A DNA stretch of 64,000 nt from contig JBMNIW010000001.1 in the NCBI GenBank assembly GCA_050951325.1, positions 192,001-256,000 of the forward strand. Direction: 5' to 3'. Position numbers and translations under genes: made by a program. The first letter of the stretch is position 1. Every line of letters begins with the position of its first letter. Shown one piece after another: positions 42,167 to 53,145 of the stretch. The notes beneath the pieces were generated by a model. That model was not told the DNA's origin. It searched no databases and was given only the letters and a program-made list of their open reading frames with translations. Source of the DNA: Clostridia bacterium. Lineage in GTDB: Bacteria; Bacillota; Clostridia; UBA1212; DUPL01.

Positions 42167-45100
42167 TTACACCAACCCTAAATACTTCTCAAAGAATATC
42201 ATCAGCTTTTCGATAATCACTTGCTTTTTCGCTGCCCTGCCTCCACCAAAGCGAGATGCAGGTGGCATGATTTTGTCAAAAGCTGTACCAGTTGTTTTAA
42301 GTATTCCGTCTCTGAATGCATTGTCAATGAAACGACGGGTATCTTCAGCCTTTAATCCTTCATCTTCTATAATTGCCGACAGGTCCTCTTCCTTACGCTC
42401 ATTGAGGAATTTGCGCCAATCCTCATCAACTATGGTCGATACATTAACTTGTTCAATAAAACGCTCGATAAGCTCTTTCTTGCTTCGAAGTTCAATACTC
42501 GAATTGATGGCCTTATCAATGGTCGTAAGAATGGTTTTATCCTTACAGTTGGATTGTTGATATTTAGCTACAAGCATAAGGATATAATCAATGTTTACCT
42601 CTATCTGCTTGACCAGTTCAATCTCAAAAACTATGTCATCATTGATAGTTTCTTTGTCACCATCAGCACCTTTTCTATATTCCTGATACAGGTCTATATA
42701 AATGCTCTGATAGTCCTGAAAATCCCTTTCAGATAAAATCTCGTTTCCTTCAAATTCATCAAAGGAAGTAAGAACATTTCTAAGCCTGAGTATTGCTCCA
42801 TAAAGCCTGATAAAGTCTTTTTCGGCATCTTCTCCGAGAATAGATTGACCAAGGGGATACTGTGTTGTAAGACTTGCAATCAGTTCTGCATAGCCCGGCT
42901 TATACTCACCTTTATCATCATAGCCGTTATAGTATTCTTGAAATGTTTTCAGCAGTACAATACCGCCTGCATCCTTATTACCGAATAGTGCAATAGCCTT
43001 GTCTGTTTCTTCTTTCAAATCTCTAAAGCAAACGATATTACCATAAGTCTTAACGCTGTTTAGGATGCGATTAGTTCTTGAAAAAGCCTGAATCAGCCCA
43101 TGCTGCCTAAGATTTTTGTCTACCCATAGCGTATTCAGGGTTGTTGCATCAAAGCCTGTCAGGAACATATTGACAACAATCAATATATCAATCTCTCGAT
43201 TCTTTACACGAAGAGAGAGGTCTTTATAATAATTCTGGAACTTGTCCGAGGAAGTATCGTAATTTGTGCTAAATGTGCTATTGTAATCCCTGATAGCCTC
43301 CTCAAGAAAATCTCTGGAGCTCTGGTCAAGATTTTCCATACTAAAATCCTCTTCAGGAAGCAGTCCATCTGGTTCCTCCTCATTTGCACTATAACTGAAA
43401 ATAGTTGCAACGGTAAGGTTACGGTTCTTTTCCGCTATCTGCTTCTTAAACTCATTATAGTATCTGATTGCCATCGGGATGGATGCAGCAGCAAATATGG
43501 AGTTGAAACCGGCAACTAGCCTTGTTTCACGCTTTTCTATCATCTTTTTTGGGTTGTGTTTCTCTGCTTCTTCCCATTTTGCAGAGAATGTGTAATAACT
43601 ATTACGCTTCGTTTTCTGATCAAAGTGTTCAAGAACGTAAGAAACTATTTCACTGATTCGCTGCGGATCTGCCAAGGCTTTTTCTCTATCAATGCTATAG
43701 ACTTTTTTATCATTAATGTAATCAGGCATCTTGATGGTATTAATAAAATCTATTCTAAAAGGTAGAACATTCCCATCATTGATGGCATCTACAATAGTAT
43801 AGGTATGTAGCTTTTCTCCAAAAGCCTGCTCGGTTGTGCGAAGCAGCGGATTTCCACCTGAACTGGCATTTGCAGCAAAAATCGGAGTTCCCGTAAAGCC
43901 GAAGATATGGTAGTTCTTAAAACTCTTCGTTATAGCTCTGATGCATTTCGCCAAATTGGGAACGGTGGCACTCATCAAAAATCAATACCACATGTTTCTT
44001 GTAAATATCATGCTGTTTGTTTTTGCGGATGAATATATCCAACTTCTGAATAGTGGTTACAATGATTTTGTATTCATGAGGATTTCCTTTTTCATCCCTG
44101 TCCTCCAATTGTCTTTGAAGAACTCTTGTGGACGTATTACCATTAGCAGCCCCCTTTTCAAAACGATCATATTCCTTCATCGTCTGATAATCCAGATCTT
44201 TACGGTCAACGACAAACAGTACCTTGTCTATATAAGGCAAGGCAGAAGCTAATTGCGCTGTCTTAAAACTGGTCAATGTCTTACCAGAGCCTGTTGTATG
44301 CCAAATATATCCTCCGGCTTCAGTTGTGCCCATCTTCTTGTAGTTGGTTGATACTACAATACGTGACAATATACGTTCTGCAGCAGCAATTTGATAAGGA
44401 CGCATTACAAGGAGCATATCTTCAGATGTAAAAATACAATATTTTGTTAGTATATTTAAGAAGGTATGCTTGGCAAAAAATGTTTTAGTAAAGTCCACAA
44501 GGTCAGGAATGATTTTGTTATTTGCATCTGCCCAAAAGCATGTGAACTCAAAACTGTTGCTTGTTTTTTTGCTTCTTCGACGTTCACTGCTGTTTTGCTC
44601 CTTTATATGAGCACTTCTTGTGGTGTTACTATAATACTTTGTATGAGTGCCATTTGAGATAACGAATATCTGCACATACTCAAATAAACCAGAAGATGCC
44701 CAAAAGCTGTCACGCTGGTATCTTTTTATCTGATTGAAAGCTTCACGGATAGCAACACCACGCCTCTTCAGCTCCACATGTACCAAGGGAAGTCCATTGA
44801 CAAGTATAGTCACATCATAACGGTTTTCATGCTTGCCTCCTGCTTCTTCGTATTGATTAATGACCTGCAAACGATTGTTATGGATATTCTTTTTATCCAA
44901 AAGGTATATGTTCTTTGTTGTTCCATCTTCACGTTTTAGAATCTGGATATGGTCATCTTGAATTTTTCTGGTCTTTTCAACAATTCCCTCGTTAGTATTT
45001 GCTATACATTCCGTGAAAAACCTATCCCATTCACTATCTGTAAAGGTGAAGTCATTAAGCAGTTCAAGTTGCTTTCGGAGATTTTCTATCAATGCAGCTT

Positions 45101-45269
45101 CATTATGCACTAAAATATATTCATATCCTTGGGAAGTCAGTTGCCTAATAAAGTCACGCTCAAGTTCTGCCTCGCTTTGATATTTTTCAGGACGGACATT
45201 GTATTCAGCTGCATATTCAGCAACAACTGTTGCTTCGTCAGTACTTGCAACGATATTGTATAGACTCAT
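42167..45269 (-). CDS. hsdR: Type I restriction subunit HsdR (EcoR124/type IC-like), one frameshift near 43935
   Basis: RYD ... VELKR nuclease motif, WHTTGSGKT, DECHRS, FTGTP, MFLTGFD, QAFSRTNR; split over 43917..45269 and 42167..43978. Confidence 0.9.
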
Positions 45270-45328
45270 GCCGTCACCTCCTTGAAAGATAACAGTTTAT
45301 CTCTGTAATATTCATACTGCTTTCTCCT

Positions 45329-45364
45329 TGCTGTAAGCTCTGCTGTAAGCTCTGCTGTAAGCTC
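45329..45364. repeat. 3 x 12-bp repeat (GAGCTTACAGCA on minus strand; TAEL), distal hsdS
   Basis: TGCTGTAAGCTC x3 on the plus strand. Confidence 0.9.
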
Positions 45365-45838
45365 TGTGAAATTGTCCAGAATACGGACAATTTCCTGCTG
45401 AACAGGTAGTGGAGGGAGGGGAATTTTAATGTTTTTTGCAATAGTCCAATGACGATTATATCCTCTTGATGGGATGTCAATATTGCAAAAAGCATAATAA
45501 ATATACTTTGTGTTTAAATCTTCAGTAACGGGAATAAATACTTTTGTTCCACTATCACCTTGGGCAAATTTCCGATCTGCATATTTAACAACTCTCGTAT
45601 GATCTCCAAAAATAATACAAGGCAATATAGGTGGTACAGCAGATTCGTCATCAGTATATCCAGCAATATACACTTGGCTTTGGTCTATTATTGGGATATC
45701 TCCATTATCTTTGTAATATTTCTTTGAAATACTATTAGGAGCATTATTGTTTTTTAGCACTTCTCCTAAAGTCTTCCACTCCACCTCATCCCCAAAGGTC
45801 AATAGCTCATCCCTATAATACTCATACTGCTTTCTTCT

Positions 45839-45874
45839 TGCTGTAAGCTCTGCTGTAAGCTCTGCTGTAAGCTC
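45839..45874. repeat. 3 x 12-bp TAEL repeat, central hsdS
   Basis: TGCTGTAAGCTC x3, 510 bp from the distal copy. Confidence 0.9.
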
Positions 45875-46374
45875 TGTGAAATTGTCCAAAATGCGGACAA
45901 TTTCCTGCTGCACAGGTAGAGGGGGAAGGGGGATACGAATTTCCTAATCGCCACCTATCAAAATTGAAGCGGAATCTGGCACCTTCCTCCTTATAAGAGT
46001 TAATTTTATTCATACCATAGGGTGATTTTAGAACATATTCAAAATACTCTTTAACACATCTTGCGTTTCATCTATGGAAAATACAACATACATAGGACTT
46101 ACTAATACCGGGTTCTTCTTCTTTTACCATCGCAATAGAACCAATATTAAGCCTTGCAGGGATTATACGCAAACATATTTTTTCTAACTATTGTGTAGTT
46201 TGAAGTATCTTCACTATGAATTGTGTTGTCGCTATAATCCTCTGCTCTGACAATACCAAAGAATTACTAACTACATACTACCTGTTGAACACTAATATCA
46301 TCTTTTCCACGTTCTCTGATACGCTTAATTAAAGAACCAATTGAAGCATATTCCACCCCATCAGGGCAAAGTTC

Positions 46375-46704
46375 AGCAATCAATTCATCCAATCTACTCA
46401 TTTGCCCACCTCAATTTCTGCAATGATCTTATCTATTTCTTCCCTCAAAACCTGCTCTCTCGCCACAATCTTTTCAATCTCAGCATTGAGGGCAACAATA
46501 TCAATATTTTCCCTTGTATCCTCCTGTTCCACATATGTTAGCAATCAACTCATCCAATCTACTCATTTGCCCACCTCAATTTCCGCAATAATCTTATCTA
46601 TTTCCTCCCGTAAAACCTGCTCTCGTGCCACAATCTTTTCTATCTTAGCATTGAGGGCAACAATATCAATTTTTTCTCTCGTATCCTCTTGTTCAACATA
46701 GGTA
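46375..46704. repeat. Tandem 165-bp diverged duplication of hsdM 3' end plus hsdS start
   Basis: Copies 46375..46539 and 46540..46704; about 17 mismatches by hand count, mostly synonymous. Confidence 0.9.
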
Positions 46705-48131
46705 GAAACAGAAAGGTTATAGTCTTGTTCAGCTATTTCACTGTTTGGCACAAGCCTGGCAAAATGCTCAATATCTTTTCTATCTTTGAATGCGTTAAGA
46801 ATAGTCTCAATATTTTCCTGTGTTAGTTTGTTGTTATTCGTAACCTTGACAAATTCCTTTGATGCATCGATAAATAAGGTGCTATTTTCTGATTTAGACT
46901 TCTTCAGCACCATAATGCAGGTAGCAATACTTGTACCGTAAAACAAGTTATCCGGTAACTGTATGATACAGTCTATATAGTTATTGTCAATCAGGTATTG
47001 TCTGATTTTCTTCTCAGCGCCTCCGCGATACATTACACCGGGGAAACAGACAATAGCCGCTGTTCCGTTTGTTGCAAGCCAAGAAAGACTATGCATAATA
47101 AAAGCAAGATCTGCTTTAGACTTAGGAGCCAATACTCCCGCTGGAGAAAAACGGGGATCGTTAATCAAAATAGGATCATTGTCGCCCTTCCATTTAATAG
47201 AGTAAGGTGGATTTGATACAATGGCTTCAAAAGGCTCATCGTCCCAATGGTGAGGATCTGTTAGTGTGTCCCCAAGGGCAATATCAAATTTGTCGTAATC
47301 AATATCGTGCAAGAACATATTAATTCTGCACAGGTTGTAGGTTGTTATGTTGATTTCTTGACCGAAGAAACCAAGGCGTACATTTTCTTTTCCTAAGATT
47401 TTTGCAAACTTCAGCAGCAGAGAACCAGAACCGCAAGCAGGGTCATATACCTTGTTGACTTCAGTTTTTCCTACTAATGTTAAGTGGGTAAGGAGTTCAG
47501 AAACCTCTTGCGGCGTATAGTATTCACCACCACTTTTTCCTGCATTGGATGCATACATACCCATTAAGAATTCATAGGCATCACCGAATGCATCTATGGT
47601 ATTGTCTTTGTAATCTCCCAGCTTCATTTCTCCAACAGAATTCATTAGCTTAACCAGCTTTTCATTACGCTTTACTACAGTGTTACCTAGCTTATTGCTG
47701 TTAACATCTAAATCGTCAAACAGACCTTTGAAATTATCTTCGCTTTCTGTTCCTTGGGCAGATGCTTCTATATTACTGAAAATCTGTTCCAGTGTTTCAT
47801 TTAAGTTTTCATCATCCTTTGCACGAGCTCGGACATTTTCAAAAAGCTCGCTGGGCAAGATAAAGAAGCCTTTTGTCTTAACTAAATCCTCTCGTGCCTG
47901 TTCTGCTTCTTCGTCGGATAGCTTGGCATAATCAAATTCCGTATTGCCAGCTTCCCATTCTCCTGCGTTAATATAGGCAGTAATATTTTCGGATATGTAG
48001 CGGTAAAACAGCATACCTAGAACATATTGCTTAAAGTCCCATCCATCTACACTGCCTCTTAGATCATTTGCCATATTCCAGATCGTGCGGTGGAGTTCTG
48101 CTCTTTCCTGTTCTTTTCTGTTGTTACTCAT
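46563..48131 (-). CDS. hsdM: Type I methyltransferase HsdM
   Basis: GEYYTP, YDPACGSGSLL, NPPY, YNLSVSTYV. Confidence 0.95.
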   Translation of the reverse strand: MSNNRKEQERAELHRTIWNMANDLRGSVDGWDFKQYVLGMLFYRYISENITAYINAGEWEAGNTEFDYAKLSDEEAEQAREDLVKTKGFFILPSELFENVRARAKDDENLNETLEQIFSNIEASAQGTESEDNFKGLFDDLDVNSNKLGNTVVKRNEKLVKLMNSVGEMKLGDYKDNTIDAFGDAYEFLMGMYASNAGKSGGEYYTPQEVSELLTHLTLVGKTEVNKVYDPACGSGSLLLKFAKILGKENVRLGFFGQEINITTYNLCRINMFLHDIDYDKFDIALGDTLTDPHHWDDEPFEAIVSNPPYSIKWKGDNDPILINDPRFSPAGVLAPKSKADLAFIMHSLSWLATNGTAAIVCFPGVMYRGGAEKKIRQYLIDNNYIDCIIQLPDNLFYGTSIATCIMVLKKSKSENSTLFIDASKEFVKVTNNNKLTQENIETILNAFKDRKDIEHFARLVPNSEIAEQDYNLSVSTYVEQEDTREKIDIVALNAKIEKIVAREQVLREEIDKIIAEIEVGK

Positions 48132-48134
48132 ACC

Positions 48135-48365
48135 CTACTTCCTTTCTTCAACCATATTAGGCACTAATTCCATGATATCTTTAAAATCAACACCAAGCGC
48201 CGTACAAACCTTTACAAGAACGTCCATACTGACATATTCATTTTTAGAAAGCTTTGAAATTGAAGATGGACTTATGCCCGCAGCAGCTTGTAAATCTTTC
48301 TTTTTCATATCGCGGTCTATCAACAATTTCCATAGCTTTTTATAACTAACGGTCATCTTGGTCAC
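48135..48365 (-). CDS. Cro/C1-type HTH regulator upstream of hsdM
   Basis: VSYKKLWKLLIDRDMKKKDL ... VLVKVCTALGV..DIME. Confidence 0.85.
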   Translation of the reverse strand: MTKMTVSYKKLWKLLIDRDMKKKDLQAAAGISPSSISKLSKNEYVSMDVLVKVCTALGVDFKDIMELVPNMVEERK

Positions 48366-48492
48366 CTCATTATATAAGTTTTTTTACATTATAGCACATT
48401 TTCTTCAAATATAACATTATAATTCTGTGTTTATGAAGGAAATCTACAATATTAACAAAGTTAATGATAGCTATGTATGATTGATGTGATGG

Positions 48493-48536
48493 AAAAAACG
48501 GCATAGCCGAATATCAACGACTATGCCGCATTTTTA
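48493..48536. terminator. Bidirectional-looking terminator hairpin
   Basis: AAAAAA-CGGCATAG ... CTATGCCG-CATTTTT. Confidence 0.6.
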
Positions 48537-48573
48537 TAAACAATCCCAATCTGACCTATAGAGGGAATTTTTT

Positions 48574-48801
48574 CTATCTTACCACGGATTTCTTAACCTC
48601 ATACCCTATCTTGCCAATTGAATCGGTAATGTTATCTATTGTGGTCTTTTCCGGATCAAACTGAAGTTTAACCTTGCTTGCATTGAACATTACATTCACA
48701 CTTTCCTTGTCAACACCATCCACACTCTTTACCGCCTTGTCAATCTTCTGCATGCAGGATGGGCATGCCAGAGTTTCCAGTTGTATTGTAGCTGATTTCA
48801 T
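48574..48801 (-). CDS. Heavy-metal-associated (HMA, CopZ-like) protein
   Basis: LACPSC motif; IGY near C-terminus. Confidence 0.85.
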   Translation of the reverse strand: MKSATIQLETLACPSCMQKIDKAVKSVDGVDKESVNVMFNASKVKLQFDPEKTTIDNITDSIGKIGYEVKKSVVR

Positions 48802-48822
48802 TTAGCATCTCTCCTTCATTTT

Positions 48823-50676
48823 TTATCTTCTCAATCTATATCTCAAAAGCCTCATGCCGTTCAATATGACGGCCAGAATGCTGGCTTCATGTACAAACAT
48901 GCCAATCGACATATTCATCCAGTCACTGAACAAAACACTCACAAGCAAAACAATTACAACGCCAATTGCAATGAATATGTTCTGTCTCATATTCCTGGTT
49001 ATTGCCTTTGACAGCCCAAGAGCATGTGGCAGTCGTCCGAAATCAGAGTTCATTAGTACGACATCCGAAGTTTCAATTGCCACATCTGTTCCGCTACCCA
49101 TGGCAATACCTACATGGGCAAGCGCAAGGGACGGACTGTCATTAACACCATCACCTACAAAGGCAACGATTTGTCCTTTGTCAATAATATCCTTGACATA
49201 TTCCGACTTGTCTTCAGGAAGCATGTTTCCACGAGCTTCTGTAAGTCTCAGCTCCTTTGCCACCAGATCCACCGTACCTTGGTTGTCACCAGAAAGCATG
49301 ACAAGATTTTTCACCTTCAGCCTCTTGAGGCTATCCAAATCCTTCTTTACATCTGGACGAATCTTGTCACGGACACCCATCAATACTTTAAGCTCTTCAT
49401 CAACAGCTGTCAATACCAGAGAATTACCGTTTTTCTCAAACCTATCAATGTCAGCTCTCATCCTGTCATCAAGGTGAACCTTCTCTCGTTCCATAAGAGC
49501 CACATTGCCAACAGCTATCCTGCGTCCATTTACTGTGGCAATTATGCCCTCTCCCTTGACAACTCCCGTATTCTCAACAGAAAAGGTTTCCACCTCTCCA
49601 ATGTGCTCAAGAACAGCCTTTGCCAGAGGATGATCAGATTCCTTTTCCACACTGGCAAGATAAGAAAGAACCTCTTCCACATTCTCTCCATAGTATTCCT
49701 TTTCCATGACAGAAGGATTTCCTACTGTCAGGGTTCCGGTTTTGTCAAACACCATGGTATCAAGCCTGCTGAAATCACTTATAACTTCGCTACCTTTAAA
49801 CAAAACTCCATGTCTTGCACCATTTCCAATTCCCGCCACATTCGATACAGGAACACCAATTACCAAGGCACCAGGGCATCCCAGCACCAGTATGGTTATT
49901 GCAAGTTCTACGTTCCTTGTAACAAGGCCTACCACAAAAGCCAGCACCAGTACAAAAGGTGTATAGTATTTAGAGAATCGGTCAATGAATCTTTCTGCCT
50001 GGGATTTGGAATCCTGGGCTTCTTCCACAAGCTCTATTATCCTTCCAAAAGTGGTGTCTTCCCCAACCCTGTCAGCAACTATCTGAATTGTTCCATTATC
50101 AAGTATTGTACCTGCAAATACTTTGGAACCTTTCTCCTTTGCAACGGGCAGAGATTCGCCTGTGATACTTGCCTCGTTCACACTTCCTTCACCCAATACA
50201 ACTGTTCCGTCTACAGGCACTTTTGCACCCGTCTTTACAAGAAGCACATCGCCAATATCTACCTCGTCAACATCAACTTCCTCAAACTCTCCGTTCTCCA
50301 TAAGCTTAAGAGCGCTCTCGGGAGCCATTTCAGCAAGTTCCTTTATTGCTGAACGTGTTTTGTTGAGAGTTCTCTGTTCCAGATATGCACCAAACAGGAA
50401 TAAAAATGTTACTATCGCAGCTTCCTCATAGTTCTTTATAACAAACGCACCGGTTACTGCAATGGTAACCAAAACATCTATACTAACAACCTTTATCCTT
50501 AAAGATTGGAAAGCCATTATGGCAATAGGTGCAGCACCCAGTACGGAAGCAGCTATCATCAATATTTCAAACAAAAACATGTTTCCTATCGTCCATCTTA
50601 CAAGGAAGGACAAAGCTATTAACACTCCGCCAATCAACGCTATTTTATTCTTGTGCTTTAATAAAAACCGCTGCAT
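48823..50676 (-). CDS. P1B-type heavy-metal ATPase with CPG membrane motif
   Basis: TGES, LGCPGAL, DKTGTLT, HP, GDGVND, HEAS. Confidence 0.9.
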   Translation of the reverse strand: MQRFLLKHKNKIALIGGVLIALSFLVRWTIGNMFLFEILMIAASVLGAAPIAIMAFQSLRIKVVSIDVLVTIAVTGAFVIKNYEEAAIVTFLFLFGAYLEQRTLNKTRSAIKELAEMAPESALKLMENGEFEEVDVDEVDIGDVLLVKTGAKVPVDGTVVLGEGSVNEASITGESLPVAKEKGSKVFAGTILDNGTIQIVADRVGEDTTFGRIIELVEEAQDSKSQAERFIDRFSKYYTPFVLVLAFVVGLVTRNVELAITILVLGCPGALVIGVPVSNVAGIGNGARHGVLFKGSEVISDFSRLDTMVFDKTGTLTVGNPSVMEKEYYGENVEEVLSYLASVEKESDHPLAKAVLEHIGEVETFSVENTGVVKGEGIIATVNGRRIAVGNVALMEREKVHLDDRMRADIDRFEKNGNSLVLTAVDEELKVLMGVRDKIRPDVKKDLDSLKRLKVKNLVMLSGDNQGTVDLVAKELRLTEARGNMLPEDKSEYVKDIIDKGQIVAFVGDGVNDSPSLALAHVGIAMGSGTDVAIETSDVVLMNSDFGRLPHALGLSKAITRNMRQNIFIAIGVVIVLLVSVLFSDWMNMSIGMFVHEASILAVILNGMRLLRYRLRR

Positions 50677-50706
50677 TACCTATCACCCCTTTAATTTAAA
50701 TTAACA

Positions 50707-50985
50707 TTATGCATGATATGCAATATCCAGTTCTTCAAGCATTTTATATACAGCTTCATAGCTTTCACAAACATCTTCCGGAACTGAATAATTGCCGGTT
50801 ATGTCGCGCAGTCTTGCAAACTTATCCTTAAGGTCTGCGTCTACTTTACCCTTCATTTCATCAAATACTTTTTTCACCTCATGAAACTCAGGATGATGCT
50901 CTCCATGCACTCTTGCCACTATGGGAACATACATCTCCAAAGTTTTCATGTGCTCCTTCTTAACCTCATCAAATGTTCTTGCCAT
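50707..50985 (-). CDS. Short RIC-like (iron-sulfur cluster repair di-iron) protein fragment family
   Basis: VARVHGEHHPE and LRDITGNYSVPEDVCESYEAVYKMLEELD, matching RIC/ScdA segments. Confidence 0.7.
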   Translation of the reverse strand: MARTFDEVKKEHMKTLEMYVPIVARVHGEHHPEFHEVKKVFDEMKGKVDADLKDKFARLRDITGNYSVPEDVCESYEAVYKMLEELDIAYHA

Positions 50986-51056
50986 AATAGATACCCTCTT
51001 TCTATCAATTGTTATCAATCACAAGCATATTATACCAGCCATTTTCACAGATTGCT

Positions 51057-51070
51057 TTGACTTGAATCAC
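51057..51070. promoter_or_regulatory. Possible FNR/Crp(Flp)-type box
   Basis: TTGACTTGAATCAC between the divergent RIC-ATPase and CDF genes. Confidence 0.4.
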
Positions 51071-51135
51071 ACTAAATATTTTGCATTCATAATATTACAT
51101 ATGTGTATTTAAAATATGCAGCATGGAGAAATGTC

Positions 51136-51996
51136 ATGGAAAACAAAAAGAAGTCACAACGCACATTAATACTAGTCATGATAATTAATTTCCTCATATC
51201 CATAATAAAAATCTGTTTGGGACTTTATACAAAAAGTACAAGCATGACAGCTGATGGTTTCCATTCCATTTCCGACACTTCTTCAAATATTGTGGGGATT
51301 ATTGGACTGCATTATGCATCAAAGCCAAAAGACAAAAAGCACCCTTACGGCCATTACAAGTTTGAAACCCTTGCTTCCTTGTTTATATCCTTCATGCTCT
51401 TTGCCTTGAGCGGACAAATAGTTGTTGACGCAATATCAAAATTCATAAATCCGACAATCACCAGAATTCCACCCATAAGTATTGCCGTATTAATATTCAC
51501 TATTGTAGTTAACACTGTAGTATCCGTCTGGGAGAACAAAAAGGGAAAGGAACTAAACAGCCAGGTTCTTGTATCTGACTCCATCCATACAAGAAGCGAC
51601 ATATTTGTGTCTTTAGGTGTGCTGGTTACTCTGATATTATTAAAACTTGGCGCAAACCCAATAATCGATCCAATTGCATCCCTTGTGGTGGCTGTATTCA
51701 TAATCCACGCTGCATTGAAGATATTCAAAGACAGCAGTTTTGTTCTGGTTGATGGAACCCAGATAAGTGAAGATGACATACGAAACATAGTCATGGAGTT
51801 TGATGAAGTTGTGGATGTACATAAAATACGCAGCAGAGGGAGTTTGGACAACTTGAACATTGATTTGCACATAGTAGTTAATGCAGACCTGGATGTGGAA
51901 AAGTCGCACATTCTCGTGCATGATATTGAGGATGCTATGAAAGAAAAATTCAATAAAAACACACAGGTGTTGGCTCATGTGGAGCCTGATAATTAA
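51136..51996 (+). CDS. Cation diffusion facilitator transporter
   Basis: ADGFHSISD, HPYGH, HTRSD, VHKIRSRG, HVEP. Confidence 0.9.
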   Translation: MENKKKSQRTLILVMIINFLISIIKICLGLYTKSTSMTADGFHSISDTSSNIVGIIGLHYASKPKDKKHPYGHYKFETLASLFISFMLFALSGQIVVDAISKFINPTITRIPPISIAVLIFTIVVNTVVSVWENKKGKELNSQVLVSDSIHTRSDIFVSLGVLVTLILLKLGANPIIDPIASLVVAVFIIHAALKIFKDSSFVLVDGTQISEDDIRNIVMEFDEVVDVHKIRSRGSLDNLNIDLHIVVNADLDVEKSHILVHDIEDAMKEKFNKNTQVLAHVEPDN

Positions 51997-53130
51997 TTAA
52001 ACAGGCTCCCTTACAAAATCGCCGACACTTACAGAACCATCCTCGTTCCAATAAAATCTCATAAACTCAATATATTGCTCATTTCCAGGCAGTCTTTCTG
52101 CAACAGAAATGTACCACTTACCCTTGAATTCAAACACCTCACTGCAGGAAGGCACATGAGCGGTATCTCCTACATGGTTCTCATCGCCTATCAAAAGACC
52201 TTTAACTTCAAAACCACCAAGCGGATTGTCGGATACTGCATAGGAAGTACCTTTTCCGCAGTCGGTATAGAAAAGATAATATTTGTTTTCATGCTTTACC
52301 ATGAAAGGAGATTCGCAGGCATATTTGCATCCAAGTTCAATCAAGGTTTCATCCTTCCAGTCAACAAGGTTCTTTGACGACGCAACACCGCATGCAGGAA
52401 AAGCATTTCCAACTTTTCTAATACCTGCGGTATAAAAATACATGTAGAAGGTATCATTATCCTTAAATATCATCACATCGCGATTGTCAAACCAGCTCTC
52501 CTGTGTCCACTTGTTCCATCTTGTCGGATAATACAAGGGATTCTTCTCATACCTTTCCCAGTTGTACAAATCCTTTGATGTGGCAAGAACAGTTGCCTGG
52601 GAAACATTGTAGTTAACCCCTGTATAGAACATCCAGTACATGCCGTCATGATGAATGACCGCAGGAGCCCATACCTGATAAACTTCATGTCCTTCAGGAT
52701 GTATTGCCACTGCAGGCTTGTGTATTTCCCAATCCACAAGATTCGTACTTGACGCATGTCCTATGTAGTGTACATATCTTTCCGGCCAGTCATAACCTAT
52801 GGAATCAATGGTGTAAAAAAGATGAACCTTATCATCAACTACAACCACTGAGTGGTCTGAACAGGAGCCTCCCGGTTCACAAAACTTGCCTTTAAGAGGC
52901 AGCTCCCCTCTTTCAAGGCTTTCCAGATGCCTGTACGCTCTTGTAATAAGATTGTCATACGAGATTCCATCCGGGGGCTGCCCGAAGTATGTATCGGGGC
53001 GGGCGCCTCTTGAAATCAAATCCGCCCTGTTTGCAAGTGCTTCAATGCTGGCCACAGTCTTTTTGTACTCAAAACCTTCCTTGACTCTGAAAGGTCCAAG
53101 TCTGCTCATAATATCCCTGTATGCGTTCAT
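51997..53130 (-). CDS. Five-bladed beta-propeller glycoside hydrolase (GH32/GH43 clan-like)
   Basis: HLFY, IGHASSTNLVDW, WAPAVI, FYTG, SKDLYNW, NRD, CESP. Confidence 0.7.
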   Translation of the reverse strand: MNAYRDIMSRLGPFRVKEGFEYKKTVASIEALANRADLISRGARPDTYFGQPPDGISYDNLITRAYRHLESLERGELPLKGKFCEPGGSCSDHSVVVVDDKVHLFYTIDSIGYDWPERYVHYIGHASSTNLVDWEIHKPAVAIHPEGHEVYQVWAPAVIHHDGMYWMFYTGVNYNVSQATVLATSKDLYNWERYEKNPLYYPTRWNKWTQESWFDNRDVMIFKDNDTFYMYFYTAGIRKVGNAFPACGVASSKNLVDWKDETLIELGCKYACESPFMVKHENKYYLFYTDCGKGTSYAVSDNPLGGFEVKGLLIGDENHVGDTAHVPSCSEVFEFKGKWYISVAERLPGNEQYIEFMRFYWNEDGSVSVGDFVREPV

Positions 53131-53145
53131 AAAGGCCTCCCATAT

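Larger units (their letters stand above)
45266..46401 (-). pseudogene. hsdS: Type I specificity subunit HsdS; first TRD broken by several indels
   Basis: Start MSRLDELIAELCPDGVEY at 46401; two conserved PPLPVQQEIVRILDNFTELTAELTAELTARRKQYEYYRD blocks; second TRD intact. Confidence 0.85.

Noticed and set aside
43917-43978. Phase-variable ON/OFF switch in hsdR
   Set aside because: The single-base shift is not within a homopolymer or simple repeat.
49114-50352. 412-aa plus-strand ORF and similar long antisense ORFs (35671..36585, 33502..34119, 25264..25875)
   Set aside because: Shadow frames of well-supported minus-strand genes with no recognisable motifs.
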